The notes under the pieces were generated by a model, which was not told the origin of the DNA, made no database searches, and worked only from the letters and a program-made list of their open reading frames with translations. A stretch of 64,000 nucleotides of DNA from Lama glama. Lineage: Eukaryota. The stretch covers positions 18,044,001-18,108,000 of the forward strand of contig CM052817.1 of the NCBI GenBank assembly GCA_028534125.1, in the 5' to 3' direction. A program made the translations under genes and the position numbers. This document shows positions 26,297-39,995 of this stretch, in pieces. Positions within the stretch are counted from its first letter, which is position 1; the number at the start of each line of letters is the position of its first letter.

Positions 26297-26559
26297 AAGG
26301 CACAACATTTTTGCCTCTATATTGTATGCAACATTGTTTTTCACTTACATATTTTTAAAAGAATATCTTTTTAGCAAGAATTTTAGAAAGTACAGAGAAA
26401 TATGTAAAGGAGAAAAATACCCATATCCTTCAACTTAGAGATAATCACTTAATCGCTGTTAATGTTTCAGTATGTTTCTCTGTGGTTTGGTGTTCTGCTC
26501 ACAGGTATAATCATTAATGTGTGTACATATAAAAAAATTTTAATAGGATCATGCCATAT

Positions 26560-26984
26560 TGCTGTGATCACCTTGCAGAGGCAAGATGGACTCCCCCCAC
26601 CCAAAATTTGATTCAGATGTCAAAATTGACAATGCCACACACACACACACCAAGAGGATATGAAGAGGTTTATTACTCTCATGATGAGGTTTTCTGGGGA
26701 GTGCAGGGCAGTCTTTGAAGGAGGTCCAAAAATGGCTTGAGAGAGCAGGGGACAGAGATTGGCTGGGTTTTGTGTGTGTGTTTAGAAGCTGGGGATGGGG
26801 TGATGGTTCCTGCACCAGAGTCCGGGGCTTTGCATGGTTTGAGCTTCCCACTGGTGTCAAAGGAGGTTGACCCTGAGCAGGCTCCTTAGCTTGCCCGGTG
26901 GTGGACCATCAGGGAAAGGGGGAAGGTGAGCTTGAAGATTCTCAGCAAACAAATGTCAAGACTGGAGATGGACTCTTCATTACT
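26560..26984 (-). mobile_element. ERVL solo LTR (MER54/MER88-like)
   Basis: The reverse complement starts 'gtaatgaagagtccatctcc' and ends 'aaattttgggtggggggagtccatcttgcctctgc', with AATAAA on the minus strand. Confidence 0.65.
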
Positions 26985-27131
26985 TGCACAGTTTTGCATC
27001 TTTGTCTTAAATTCAGCATTGTATGTTGTATTTGTGTGAGAGGGTGAGTGACCCGTCCTTCTATTATGCTGCCTTGAAGCCCCTCCCCAGCATTGCAGTG
27101 TGGTTAACAGTGATCAGAAGCTTTATGGTCA

Positions 27132-27510
27132 CTAAGTGAAGTAAGCCAGAAAGAGAAAGAAAAATACTATATATATCACTTATACATGGAATCTTAAAAA
27201 GGAGTGGGGCACAAATGAACTTATTTACAGAGATAGACTCACATAGAAAACAAACTTATGGTTACCATGGGTAAAAGGGGGTGGGGAGGAATAAACTGGG
27301 AGTTTGGGGTTTGTAGATACTAACTACTGTATATTAAATAGATGAATGACAAGGTGCTACTGTATAGGACAAGGAAATGTATTCAATACCTTGTAATGGC
27401 CTATAGTGAAAAAGAACATAAAAAGGAATACATATATGTATAAATGAATCACTATGCTGTACACCAGAAATTAACACAACATTGTTAATCATTTATACTT
27501 CAAAAAAAAA
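27132..27510 (+). mobile_element. 5'-truncated camelid L1 with polyA tail
   Basis: Perfect 14-bp TSD aagctttatggtca (27118-27131, 27511-27524) and L1 3' UTR sequence. Confidence 0.92.
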
Positions 27511-30500
27511 AAGCTTTATGGTCAAATTAAATTTCTTTTGACATAAGTATCTTGTGTCAATGCCAGTTTTCTCTGTCCCTGATCATTTATTTATTCGTAT
27601 TCCAGAAGGATGTGTAGATTCTTTTCTTATAAAACAAATTATTAAAAATCACAGAAGAATAAAACATGGCATATATCCTGAACACAATGCATAAATAAGT
27701 TTTCCTTGAAAATAAACACAGCTTCCTCAGGGATGAGAATACAAGTAGTTTTTTCGTTTGTGAGTATATCTGCATTTTATTATGATCACATATTATACAT
27801 TCTACAGAATGCATGAGTCACATATCTAATCTGCTTTTAAATATTGGTCCTAAAGAACCCAGGTACTTATAATCCTACAGTTGGAGTCCAACCTTGAGAC
27901 AACAAAAGACAACTCAAGTCAGCTTCAAACAGGAATCCAAACTAACCGCAGGGCTATTTTTTTTCCATCTGTAATAAAGAGTGTTCCAACATCTTTAATG
28001 ACCGAAGATAATCCTCTGTCGTCATTCGTGCATCTAGGTTATAAAAATACATACACTGCTTTGAAGAAAGGTCCTGGTCCACTGAAGTCAAGTGAAGGTC
28101 AGATTATGGAAAACTGGCATTGTTACAACCAGAAATGAAGCCTGCTTATGTTCCTCTTGGTATTTCTCAATAAAGAATCTCACTAACTAGTTTCCAACTT
28201 GCAGATTTAATTAAGAGCATGAGGAGTGATTGATTCTGGATGCTGATCGCTAAAAGTGACTTGCACTGCGTTAGAGAAACACCTATTGAAATGTACGAGG
28301 GGGAAAAATTCTGGTTTCAGATTGAAGGTTTACTGAAAAACATTCTAAAAGAGACCGGAAAGATCAGGACAAATTGGAATATCTTATTCCAAGGTAAAAA
28401 AGCACTTAAAAAAAAACTATTTGGTAGAAACATTGGCCAATCTTATTTTTTCCTTTTAATGCAAAAGAACTTGTCATCTCCAAGAAATCAAGTGGCTATG
28501 CTTTTTGAACTCAGTGTAAAGACTGGCACTACAATGTCAAAATAATAGCCAGACAGGGAATATGTAAGATAGAAGGATGGAGGCAGGTGAATAAACTAGG
28601 AAGGATGCTTTGCACACCCAGGGCAGGAGCGTTTCTGGAGCACACCTTCTGGTGGTTGCCAATTCCAGGAAGCTTCCCCCAGGCTTCTGGACCAGCCACC
28701 AGTAATTCCATTAATGCTGCTCACAGAGCAGCCAACACAATGTCCATCACACAGTTAGCACTGAAAGACGTGAACTATCACTGTGATGATGGTGGTGATG
28801 ATGGTGATGATGACGACATGGTTATCATCCTCAAGAAATTCACAGCCCAGTGGTGGAAGCATCCAAGTAAACAGCTGATCGGAATACAGTGCACTGAGAA
28901 TAATGCATGAAGTGTGATCAGGAATAAAGAGGAGAATCCAGCCAAAGCTGGGGGCAGGGGTGCCGTGGGGACCACACCATTCAGTCAACACAGATGTGCA
29001 TGGATGACTGTAAAATGACTGCTTATTTGTCCACCAGCCTATGTAAACAGGAAGAGAGCTGGGTTTAGGCAGCCGCTGCTTTATTTATTTCCTTTTCCTT
29101 GTGCCACGTAGGACCAGGATCTCCAGGGCCTTTTAAAAATACCACTTGGGCTGCTATTGAAGAGCATTTTGGATTTGTCTTCCAGGCATCAGAGATCTCA
29201 TTGTCATATGAGAGGCACACAGGATGGAGAGAAAAAGAATTATGGTTGCTTAGGAAACTGAGTGCTGTTTCCTGTGATTACAATCTCAAGGCTAAATTTC
29301 CATGCTTGCTGCAGGAGTCTTTTGACGGCAGTGTACACCTGTCAAAAAGTTTTTTAAAGAATGTAAAACTAGGATTCTTTGGGGTTCCAGGAGACTCTGG
29401 CTCAGGACTCTGGCAAGAGGTCCTTTCTCTGTTTTTGATTTTTCTTGCATGGCCTTCCCTGGCCCTGGTCATCTGAAGACTTGGTCTCCTGGCTTCTGGT
29501 CATGTAGTCAGCCTGCCCATGAAAGCAGGGTAAATATTCAGTCATTAGCCAGTTGTCAGTAACTGTCCAAAATGCCCAAAGGGCTGGGGTAGGCTTTATG
29601 AGGGACGCATGACCCCTGTCCTTAGTGATTCTAATCTGGTTAGAACGGTAATGTCTACACTAGGAAAGAAGTTGAACCACATTGGGCTGCTGGGAGGGGC
29701 ACAGATACTGATGTCCCAGGATGTTGGAAGAGGACGAGAGGTGCCTTGCTACCGGTAGGTTTGGGAGAGGAACAAAAGTCTGAGAAGCGTTGGTCAGTCG
29801 AATGGATGGATGGGAGGGTGCAGGCACAGGCAGACAGATGGGTGCCTGCACACATGCATGGGTGTAGCAGCGTAACACAGTGGTTTTAAAGCCAGCTGGG
29901 CAAGAGCTGCTGCCCTGTCGTTTACAAGCGGCATGACCTCAGGAGATTTAATTAACTCCTTCAAATCCAATTTCCTCACCTATAAAACAAGATGAGAATG
30001 CTTGCCTTGCAAGATTGATGAAAGAATCAAATGTGAGGTTTGTAAAGCATGGCAATGGTAGGCACTCGATCAAGAGTGAGTGACTATGCTTTTTTATGTT
30101 CATAAAGTTTCTGGGGGACATGGATTACAGGCAGGCCTGGAGCAAGGATGGGATGGAGATGGATGGAAAGAGAAGAAGGGTAGTCTGGGGGAAGAACAGG
30201 ACATTGAGAGCATGTACCTGGAAAACCTGGCAGCACACTGGTGTCACTGAGGGAGGCTACCTGGAGCTGTAGTTTCCTGAAGCTGCAAAGGTGAATGGGA
30301 CCTGAGTTAGAGGACTTGAAATGCTAAGGGATTCTGGCTTTTCCGGGAGGTCAGCAGGGAATCGTGGAGGTTCAGAGGAAGCAGAAAAATCTCCCTCTGG
30401 GCCCCCTTTGTTCCTCAGCCTGACCTTGACCACATCCGGACTTCCTTTGAACTTGGAGGCTCTCAGTTTTTACAGTATTTATAGTTCCCCTTACGTTTCA

Positions 30501-30659
30501 CAAGGAGCTCCTGGACTTCCTGTGCCCAGGACAGCTGCAGCCGGCCTCTCCCCCAGCTCCCGGGGAGCAGCTGAAAGGCTGCGCATGGCAGAAACCCTCC
30601 CCTGACGGCGAAGAAGCAAATGATTTTAAGGATGAGCTGTCACAGAGGGAAGCAAGTCC

Positions 30660-31210
30660 CCTTCAACCTCCTTTGTCGAATAAATGCTACCTGTGAATCA
30701 GAGGCGCTTGGGCCGTGACTCACCCCGCACGAGGCTCGGTGGAGAGGGCTGTCTGTCCGCCAGCACGTCCGGGGGCGCGGTGCCAGGCCGCCAGCGGCCT
30801 TGGCTTGCGGGGAGGGGCTGTGCTTTCCACGGCCCAGCGGGCCCCGGGGGCGGCTGGCACAGGAGCCCAGGAGGTGCCTGCGAGGTTTCCTTCCACCCGA
30901 GGCAGCAGAGCCAGGGGGAGCGGTTCTCCACGGCTTTCGGAGAGCAGGAGCACGCGAGCTAAAACTCCCCGGAGTCCCGCCGATCTTAACCAGTGGTTGG
31001 GGATTCCCTCCGGGAAGTCTGCATCCTCCTGCCCAGTTAGATGGCTACGTGCATTTTGTGGGGCGAGGACCCCTAGTTTTAGTGAGCTACTTTCGGTCCT
31101 AAGACTCCCCGCACCCCCCACGCCGCATGCCTCGATCACGTCCAGACTCACTTGGCCCCGAGAGCGTGACTGAGTGACTTGCCGGGAGCTACCGCCAGTG
31201 CGCAGCGGAG
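30660..31210. promoter_or_regulatory. CpG-island-like intergenic element
   Basis: About 43 CpG counted by eye in ~550 bp of GC-rich sequence, against a CpG-depleted background. Confidence 0.65.
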
Positions 31211-31879
31211 AAGAGGGTGGAAGCAAAGTCTCCAGGTTCCCCCCTGCTGCCCTGGCCCCATGAAAGAGCCTAAAATAAAATGATAGCCTATGATGTTCCG
31301 AACACCACCTCCTCGACGGAAATTACTGTCAAGGACTACTTGGAACGTCTTTATGCCGCCAGCCCCTCTCCTCCACCTTCCAGTTGACCCCTTCCCCCAC
31401 AGCCCACCCACCTGCCGGGCCGGCTTCCTGCTAAGAGGACAGCATGCCCTGGGCGACAGGCATTTGTGACGGGAGGACTGCTGAGGCTGGCTCCCCGATT
31501 GTCAAGCAGCTGGCGGGGCAGGGAGGGGAGTGGACATGGGATAGTGGCTGAGTTTCTGGCCCTCTTGGCTGTACACTCAGGGGAAACAGCAGGTTGAGAG
31601 TGAGCAGAGAAATGGGAGCCCTCTGGGGATCTAGAAGTCATTGTTCCTTTTTCCCCCCACTTGTTTGGGCGGCTGGGGGTCACTGGGCCCTCACCTCCCA
31701 GGGACATCATCATAGTTGTATTGATAGACAGCCTACACTCTGGGGGCTGACAGCTTGGGTTGGAATCCTGGCTCCATCACATTTTATTGATGTAATCTTG
31801 GGCAGTCTCTCAACCTTCTAGACTTTGGTCTTCTCAGATGTAAACTAACATACTGGTGCCCGCCTTTGGCAAAGACGGA

Positions 31880-32224
31880 TATGTGCCAACTACTCACACA
31901 CAGCTTGACTGTCCTTCCCAGCCCAGCCTCCCTCACTCATAGGTCTGCTGCAGGACTGATTTCTCCAGTGAACGGAATGTGAGGGGAGTGATGTGCACTA
32001 ATTCCAGGCCTGGCCCATGAAAAATTCCTGGGTGACCCTCCACATTCCCTCTCATCCTATCCCCCATCTATGGGTGCCTAAGAGGACCCTGAAGCCCTGG
32101 AGGTGATGGAGCCCCTAGGTGGAAGGAGCCTGGGTCCCCTGAATCACCACGTGGAAGGCTGCTGGCCAAATACCTGCATGAACTATTACTTGAGTGAAAA
32201 ACAAACTTGTATTGTATTAAGAAG
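31880..32224 (+). mobile_element. MLT1I/J-like LTR running into the gap
   Basis: 'ggaaggagcctgggtccc.tgaatcaccacgtgga' and 'tgagtgaaaaacaaacttgtattgtattaag'. Confidence 0.75.
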
Positions 32225-32724
32225 NNNNNNNNNNNNNNNNNNNNNNNNNNNNNNNNNNNNNNNNNNNNNNNNNNNNNNNNNNNNNNNNNNNNNNNNNNNN
32301 NNNNNNNNNNNNNNNNNNNNNNNNNNNNNNNNNNNNNNNNNNNNNNNNNNNNNNNNNNNNNNNNNNNNNNNNNNNNNNNNNNNNNNNNNNNNNNNNNNNN
32401 NNNNNNNNNNNNNNNNNNNNNNNNNNNNNNNNNNNNNNNNNNNNNNNNNNNNNNNNNNNNNNNNNNNNNNNNNNNNNNNNNNNNNNNNNNNNNNNNNNNN
32501 NNNNNNNNNNNNNNNNNNNNNNNNNNNNNNNNNNNNNNNNNNNNNNNNNNNNNNNNNNNNNNNNNNNNNNNNNNNNNNNNNNNNNNNNNNNNNNNNNNNN
32601 NNNNNNNNNNNNNNNNNNNNNNNNNNNNNNNNNNNNNNNNNNNNNNNNNNNNNNNNNNNNNNNNNNNNNNNNNNNNNNNNNNNNNNNNNNNNNNNNNNNN
32701 NNNNNNNNNNNNNNNNNNNNNNNN
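32225..32724. other. Assembly gap (500 N)
   Basis: Run of N. The round length suggests a placeholder scaffold gap of unknown true size. Confidence 0.99.
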
Positions 32725-34200
32725 ACAACAGTGAAAAAGCAGGCAAGAAGTCTCTGCCCTCATGGAGCTTACACTAGAGGACAGGAAGATACAGAATGAA
32801 TGAATAAATAAGTTAAATCATGGTACATTAAATGGTGATAAGCATAAGGAAAAAATTAATTAGGAATGAGTAATAGTAGGTACCAGGTGTGGGTGTAGGA
32901 GGATGCTATTTTAAATAAGGTGATCAGGGAAGGACTCAATGAAAAGTGATATTTAAGCCAAGACCTGAGAAGATGAGGGAGTAAGATATGTGCAGAGCTG
33001 AGGGAGAGAATTCCAGAAGGAAGAAATTTGATCCAAGAGCAGGCCTGGTATGTTTGAGGAGCAGCAAGGAATCCAGCAGGACTGGCATGGTCTGAGTAAG
33101 GAGAAAGAAGACACTAGATGAAACGGAGGTTTGAAAACCATCAGATAGAGTTTGGCTTTTCCCCTGAGTGAACTGGGAAGACATTGGAGGGCTTCAAACA
33201 GAGGACTGAATAGCATGGTCTGACTTATGTACTGAAGTGATAGTTCTGGTTGCTTGGTGAAAAATAGCCCATAGTGAGCAAAGGCAGAAGCCAGGAGACC
33301 AGTTAGGAGCCTAAGAGAGTGTGAACAAGAGACAATGGATGATGGACACTTAGACCAGGGTGGTACCAGTGGAAATTCAAGATATGGGGTGTACATAGAG
33401 CCAAGACAATTTTCTGATTGATCAGATGTGGGGGCTAAAAGAGGAATCAATCATGACTCCATAGTTTGAAGCCTAAAAATATAAACAATGGAGTTGTTAT
33501 TTAATGATATGGGAGAAGAAACGGTTTATTGTGGGAAGATTAGGAGTTCCCTTTTTGGGTATGTTAGGTATGAGATGCATATTAGAATTAGATACATCCA
33601 AGTGAGGATGTCAAGTATGTAGTTGGAATTCAGGGGAAAGGTCCAGGCTGTAGACAGCAATTTGGGAGCTGTCAGCATATAGACTGGCTGAGGTCACCAT
33701 ACCAGATCATGTGAATAGAGCAGTCATCCAAGGGCTGAGACCTGGGCTGTCCCACCCTCTTGCGTGGTCTGTGAAAGAGAAGAACCACCGGAGATGGAAA
33801 AGGAGTGGCCACTGTGAGAGATGAGACACTAGAGGAATGTGGGATCGATCCTAGAAGCCAACCGAAGGGAGTGCTTCCAGGAGGAGAGGCTGATTAAACT
33901 ACATCAGATTCTGCAGTGGTCACCGCAGCTGAGGGCAGATCATTGACCACTGGATTTAGCAACATGGAAGCTACTAGGGACCTGACAAGATCTAAGTGGG
34001 AGCAAAACACTGATGGGGTGTGTTCAAGAGAGACCAGGGTGAGGAGAGGGAGAGAGAGTACATTTAAACACAACTCTTTGAACGAGTGTTGCTATTAAGG
34101 AAGCCAATTAAAGGGGCCACAGCTGGAGGAGAATATGGGGTCAGGAGAGGGCTTTCCTTAAGATGGGAGAAATGTCATCATTTTTGTATGTCACTGGAAA
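32725..34200 (-). mobile_element. L2a fragment (~1.5 kb)
   Basis: 'tctgccctcatggagcttaca', 'ggaagccaggagaccagttagga' and 'tgaccactggatttagcaacatgga'. Confidence 0.85.
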
Positions 34201-35559
34201 GTTGGAGGTGCATTGGCTAAAGCAGCCTGCCCTAAGCATAAAACTTCTTAGAATTCTTAAAGATTCACATCAGTTTTCGCTTTTATTCTGAAGAACATCT
34301 ATTTTAATTTACAGGTAATCAATCCTTCCAAAATCTTTGAGTAAAACTGACCCTCCCAAAAGAGTACACTATATTTTTCCTATCGCCCTGCAAGTACTCA
34401 TAGGATATACATGCCCCATTCTGAGAAGTGGCTTCAGATTAGGGCCTGGCTGTGTAGCCTGTCTTTCCAGGCCCCTAGTACCCTGAATGCAGCTCCTTTC
34501 CTGGCCTCCTTCTCCCTCCACATTAACACATACACACTGTTCCGGCCAGAGTAGTCTGTAGCCTTCCTACATTTCCAGGCAATGGGCCTATTAAGGAGGT
34601 AGTTCTGTGACTAAAAATCAAAATTTTGCCTTTCTCCCAAGTCAAGAAGTTCAGACTCTAACCAGCTATTGAGTAAAAGTTTTTCTTTTTTTTTCCCTCC
34701 ATTATCCTTAAAAATTATCAACATTTAACAGACAACCAGAAGACTTGGAGAACCAAATAATGTGAAAGTGGCTGGAGAAACCAAGTGTTTGCAAGGTGGA
34801 GGGAGTCAGAACCAGTGAGGGATGTGGCCAGGAAAACCTGAAGTATGTGGAGTGACTCCTCCAGTGGTGAATTTACCTGTCTCTGCCAAGAGATATGCAG
34901 GGACCACACAATCTGTGTCCATCAGGATTCCTCATGTGCTGTGTGTCAGGAGTCCCATTCACTCACTAGTGAAAAGTGGGGATTTACTCCCTTCTATAAC
35001 TAGAATGTTTAAAGGAGGTGAATCAGCTCAGACGTGACATGACGTCATTAAGGATACACCTCTTTTTCTCCGTGTGCCTCTGTGTTGACTTCATTCTCAG
35101 ACAGGCTCTTTCTAGTGGCAATAAAGGCAGCTGCCAGCAGTTCCAGACTCTCTTGCTTCAAAGCACCTGAAATCTCAGAAGGACAGAGTCTGTCTCTTTC
35201 CTAATAGTTCTAGCAGGCTCTGGGAAAATTTGATTGGTCCATCTTAGGTCATGTCACTTTTCCTGCACCAATCATGTGACCAGGTAGATGCAGAGTTCTG
35301 AGTAGTTAGGCCAGAGTCATGTGCCTCCATCCTTGAGGTTGGAGGTGAGATCTTATTGACTGAGGATGAGGGAGATGTTGTCCTCAAAGGAAAACTGATG
35401 TGCTGTTGCCAAAAGGAAGGGGGAATGCATATTAGGAGCAAAAAGAAATATTGATCTCTATTCTATACTACTAATGTCAATTTATTTTTGAAGGAAAAAT
35501 TCCTATTTTAGTCAAGAATTATTGATTAGCTATTCATATTTTTCTAGCTTTTTTGTTAC

Positions 35560-38500
35560 TTCTTTGGAGCTTGAAATTAATTTTTTTAAATAAGAAAATA
35601 AGCCAAATGAAACTACCAAGATGAAATTAGTAGACAAAACCGAACATTATTGAAACAGAAGTCAACAGAATAATGAAAGGATAAATAAATTCAAAACTGA
35701 ATTACTTTCAAAGAATAATAAACAGATTTTACGAGCTTTACATTTATAAATAAAAAAGAACCACACCACATATACAGAAGTGATTAAAAGTCATAAATGG
35801 ATGTATAATGGAAAAAATGAAGGTAATGTATGTTTTTTTAAACAAAATATAAAATATCAAAATTAATCATAAAAGAATTAGAAAAATCAAATGTTAATTA
35901 CCGTAGAGGAGATGGAAAAGGTGACTTTAAAACCACCATTGGTACCAGATGGCATAATGGTTGAATTTTAACTTTTAAAAATAAATAATTAAATGTTACA
36001 TGAATAATTCTAGGCCATGGAAAAATGTTAAAAGTCCTATAATTTGATATTAAAAGAGAAAATCAACTAATCAACTACACGTAAATGCAAAACGTGAAAA
36101 CAAATCAGCCAATAGACTCCAGCAATGAATCAGAAGAAGAATAATTTCATGATTGAGTTTGTACTCCAATAATTCAAGGTTAGTTTAGTATCAGAAAATC
36201 TATCAACATAATTCATTCCTACATTTTCCCAAGTATCTATTAATACTTAACAAAAGACCTCAAAACCTGTGGCTTCAATAAATAACAACGTATTATTGCT
36301 TGTGATTCTGTAGTTTGGCTGGGCTCAGCTGGGCTGTTCTGCCCCACAGGATGTTGCTGAGTCACTCAAAATGCTGTGATTGTCTTTGATTGGGAGTTCA
36401 GCTGGGGCTAGAACATTCATCATGGCCTCTCATCACTCAGTAGGTTAGCCTAATCTTTATTACATCATAGTACCTGGCTTCTAAGGGTGAGTGTTCCAAG
36501 AAGATCAATTCCATTGTGCAAGTGCTTGTTAAGGTCTGACTGCAGCATGCTTGCTAATATCCAATTGGCTGAAGTCACGTGAAGAACTCCACAGGGGTGG
36601 GAATACTGGGAAGTGTGGTCCACTGGTGTCACCCAGGTAACAGTTTACCACAATATTGAAAGAGAAAAATCATAGGACCCTACCAATAAGTGCCAAAAAC
36701 ACATTTGATAAAATTTAACAGCCATTTCTAATAAAAAAAAAAAACAAGGTAAAAGAGGTGTGGAAACCAAGAGCAAACATTTATATTGAGTTATATGAAA
36801 TCACCAATGTTCAATTCTTTCAGACCTGTAAAACAACAATTGCATATGGTTCAATTTAACATTAACTTAAATGGAAGAGTCCTGAAAATATTCCCATTAA
36901 AATCAGGAACTTGAAAGGAAAGCCATAATCATCATTACTATTTAACAATGTCTGGGTTCTAATAAACACATTGAGACAAGAGTATTAAATAACTGGTATA
37001 AATGTTGGAGGAGTCTAAACAATCTCTATTTGCTGATGATATTGTCATATACTTAGGAAACTCAAGACAATTTTATAAAATACTACTAGAATTAATAAAA
37101 GAATTGAATGTGTTCACCCTTCTTTGAGTAAGCACCTGAAAAACAAAACAGGAAATAATGTTTCATTCACAATAAAGTCAAAATTTTTGTAGAAATAAAA
37201 TGATAAGGAGGACATTTAACTATAACATCAAAGTATCTAAACCACAATCTTAACAAATAAAAGAATATTTCATAGTCTTGGTCGAGAATATAACATAATT
37301 AAAAAAAAATCCATCCTCCCCAAATTAAGATACAAATCTAATGCGATTACAGTTGGAATGCCAGCAATGTTGGGAAGGTGAGAGATTGTATAAAATTGTC
37401 TTCAAATGTATATGGAAGGATAAATGCCTGAAAATAGCTAAGAGAAAATTTTAAATAGGTAAAATTTTAAATTAAAATTAAGAGAAAAATTCTACAGTGA
37501 AAACATTTTTCCCATTCTTGTCCCACACCTGCCCAGGTCCATCTCACCCCCACCCACCCAGAATTTCCTTATATACATACAAGTGGATACAAATACTGAA
37601 TCTTGTTTTTCCCTATGTTTTACGTAAAGAGTTGCATATTACTCATTCTGAACCTTGTTTTTTGCTAAATCTCCAAGAAATGTGTAGCTTAAAAAGAACG
37701 TTTTGATCCTTTGTTATATAGCTGTTTCATGTTTATTTAACTTCCTCTAGCATTGAAAATTGAGGTTGTTTCTAATACTTTCTTACTACAAACAATGTTG
37801 CAGGTATGTGTGTCTGTGTGTGTGTATGTGTGTGTGTGTGTATGCACACATTTTCTCCTTAATAAAAATATATCTGTAGAATAACTTCCCAAAAGTACAA
37901 TCTTGCCGGGAATATGCATTTGACATATTGCCAAATTGCCCTACATAGGGCTTTTGCTCTTACCAGAAATGAATGAGAATGTGTTTGCCCAGAGTCTCAT
38001 CAACATGGGGTGTTATAAAACATTTGGATTACTGCCAGTTTAAGAGGTGAAAAACAGTATCTCAGCATAGTATATTTGCACTTTTTTTTCTTATTAGGAG
38101 TGAGACTGAGCATCTTCTAAGAGACTTTTGTATTTTCTTTTCAAAAATTTTTCATAGTCTTTGCTCATATTTCCACTGGGTTGAAGGATAGACAAATGAA
38201 TCAATGGAACAAAATAAGAGAGTCCTGAACGGAACTAACCATAGACTTTTAGTTTCATTTAAGACAAAAGTGAGCTTTCACCTCTAGACAAGGCAAATTT
38301 ATAGACATTGAAAGCAGACCTGTGATTGTGTAGGCTAGAGGATAAACAGGCATAAGAAAAATTTTGGGGGTGATGGAAATGATCTTTAGCCAGATTGTGG
38401 TGATGACTGCTAAACTCTATTAACTTACTAAAATCACTTAATGATGGGTGAATTTTGTGGTGTGTGAATTATATCTCAATAAATGTTTTTAAAAGTGATT

Positions 38501-39410
38501 TTTCAATCCAGTGGGAAAAATTAGGTATTAAATAAGGATGCTAGAACAACTGACTATGCAGCCAGAAGAAAATTTAAATGGACCCCTCTTTTACCCCATA
38601 TGCAAAAATGAATTCTAGGTGGGTTAAAGACCTAAATGTAAAAAATTAAAACAACAATAATACTAGGACATCACATGCAAAATCTAGGGTGGGTGATAAG
38701 ACCTTTTCATTAAGACCAGAAACTCAGAAGCTATACAAGGACACATAGGTATTTGAGAAAATGAAAATGAGAAACGTTTGGAAAAGATACCATAAACTAG
38801 GTGAACAGATGAAGAGCAGATTGGGGAGTTGGGGAGGACTGGCCACCCAAAGATCAGACAGAGAGTAAATAGCTAGAATATACAAAAAAAAAAAGTCTTA
38901 TAAAACAAATACATAAGGCAGGGATAAACATCACAACAGAAGGCAGAGAAAACTGAGAAAGGGATATGAATAGGCAATTCACAAAAAAGCAGTCCCAGGT
39001 GGCCAATAAGTACGTGAAAAGAGGCTCAAATCCATGTGAAATCAAGGAGACAAAATCACAATAAGACATCAGTTTACACAGATCAGATGGGAAAATTAGA
39101 GACCGACGACCTTTATTGTTAAAGGAGATGTGGGGATTTTCATACATGCCTGGTTGGAAAGCAATACAGCAACATCTGTTACGATTACAAATACATACAT
39201 CTTTCACTCAGAAATCTCACTCCCAGGAATCTGTCTCTTAGGAATGAAAGCTTCCAAACCTAAGGGTGTGTTTACACGGAAGTGGACTGCATTATAAACA
39301 GTAGTAAAATCAAACAAACAAAAACCCCAAACCTGGAAACAAAGTGAAGATCATGGGAATGGCTGAATAAAGGATAGTTCTGCCACCCCATAAAGTTATA
39401 TGTGGCCATT
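35560..39410. mobile_element. Nested old L1ME/L1MC fragments, mostly + strand, with a minus-strand 3' piece at ~37450-38180
   Basis: A-rich ORF2 remnants, including 'ctatttgctgatgatat' (FADD) at ~37027 and 'taaagacctaaatgtaa'. Confidence 0.75.
36232..36651 (-). mobile_element. MLT1G/H-like LTR inserted in L1ME
   Basis: 'tattattgcttgtgattctgtag.ttggctgggctcagctgggc' and end 'cagtttaccaca'. Confidence 0.7.
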
Positions 39411-39429
39411 AAAAAGAGTAAATTGGAGC

Positions 39430-39550
39430 AGGGAGGGTATAGCTCAGTGGTAGAGCACATGTTTAGAAAGCACAAGGTCCTGTAGAGGTCCCAGTACCTC
39501 TATTAAGATAAAAAAAAATAAACCTAATTATCTCCCCTCCAAAACAAACA
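39430..39550 (+). mobile_element. Vic-1-like SINE
   Basis: 'gggagggtatagctcagtggtagagc'. 19-bp TSD aaaaagagtaaattggagc / aaaaagaataaatgggagc (39411-39429, 39551-39569). Confidence 0.92.
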
Positions 39551-39746
39551 AAAAAGAATAAATGGGAGCTAAACCAGGTGAATTAAGAGAGATTCCATCA
39601 GGTGTTGGAGAAAACAAAAATCAAGATACACAAAAATATAAAAATAATAAAATAATGATAAACAACTTAAACATGTATCTGTATAACGGTACATGGATGT
39701 TTATAGATGACTGTATGTATATGGAGAAGAAATAATGGGAGGATAA

Positions 39747-39995
39747 TGTCTTAGTCAGCTCCAGCTGCTATAACAAAATACCTAGATGGGTAACTTAATC
39801 AACAGACACTTACTTCTCACAGTCCTACAGTCTGACATCCGAGATCAAGGTGTCGAAAGATTCGATTCTTGGTAAGTTTCCTCATCTAATCCTAATTACC
39901 TCCCAAAGATTCCACCTCCTACCTAATACCATCACAATCGGAGTTAGGACTTCAACTTGTGGATTTGGAGGGACACGCACATCCCCTCCGTAACA
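39747..39995 (-). mobile_element. MLT1A-like LTR with internal deletion
   Basis: tgtcttagt...taaca ends, with the central portion missing relative to the copy at 272-645. Confidence 0.8.

Noticed and set aside
27945..28040. Minus-strand exon-like segment with two open frames
   Set aside because: Short, with a weak donor and no recognisable peptide, so consistent with chance.
30321..31821. Many overlapping 75-168 aa ORFs
   Set aside because: Stop-poor GC-rich sequence, no recognisable domain, and ORFs on both strands.
32068..32777. Long ORFs of 175-231 aa
   Set aside because: Artefacts of the 500-N gap.
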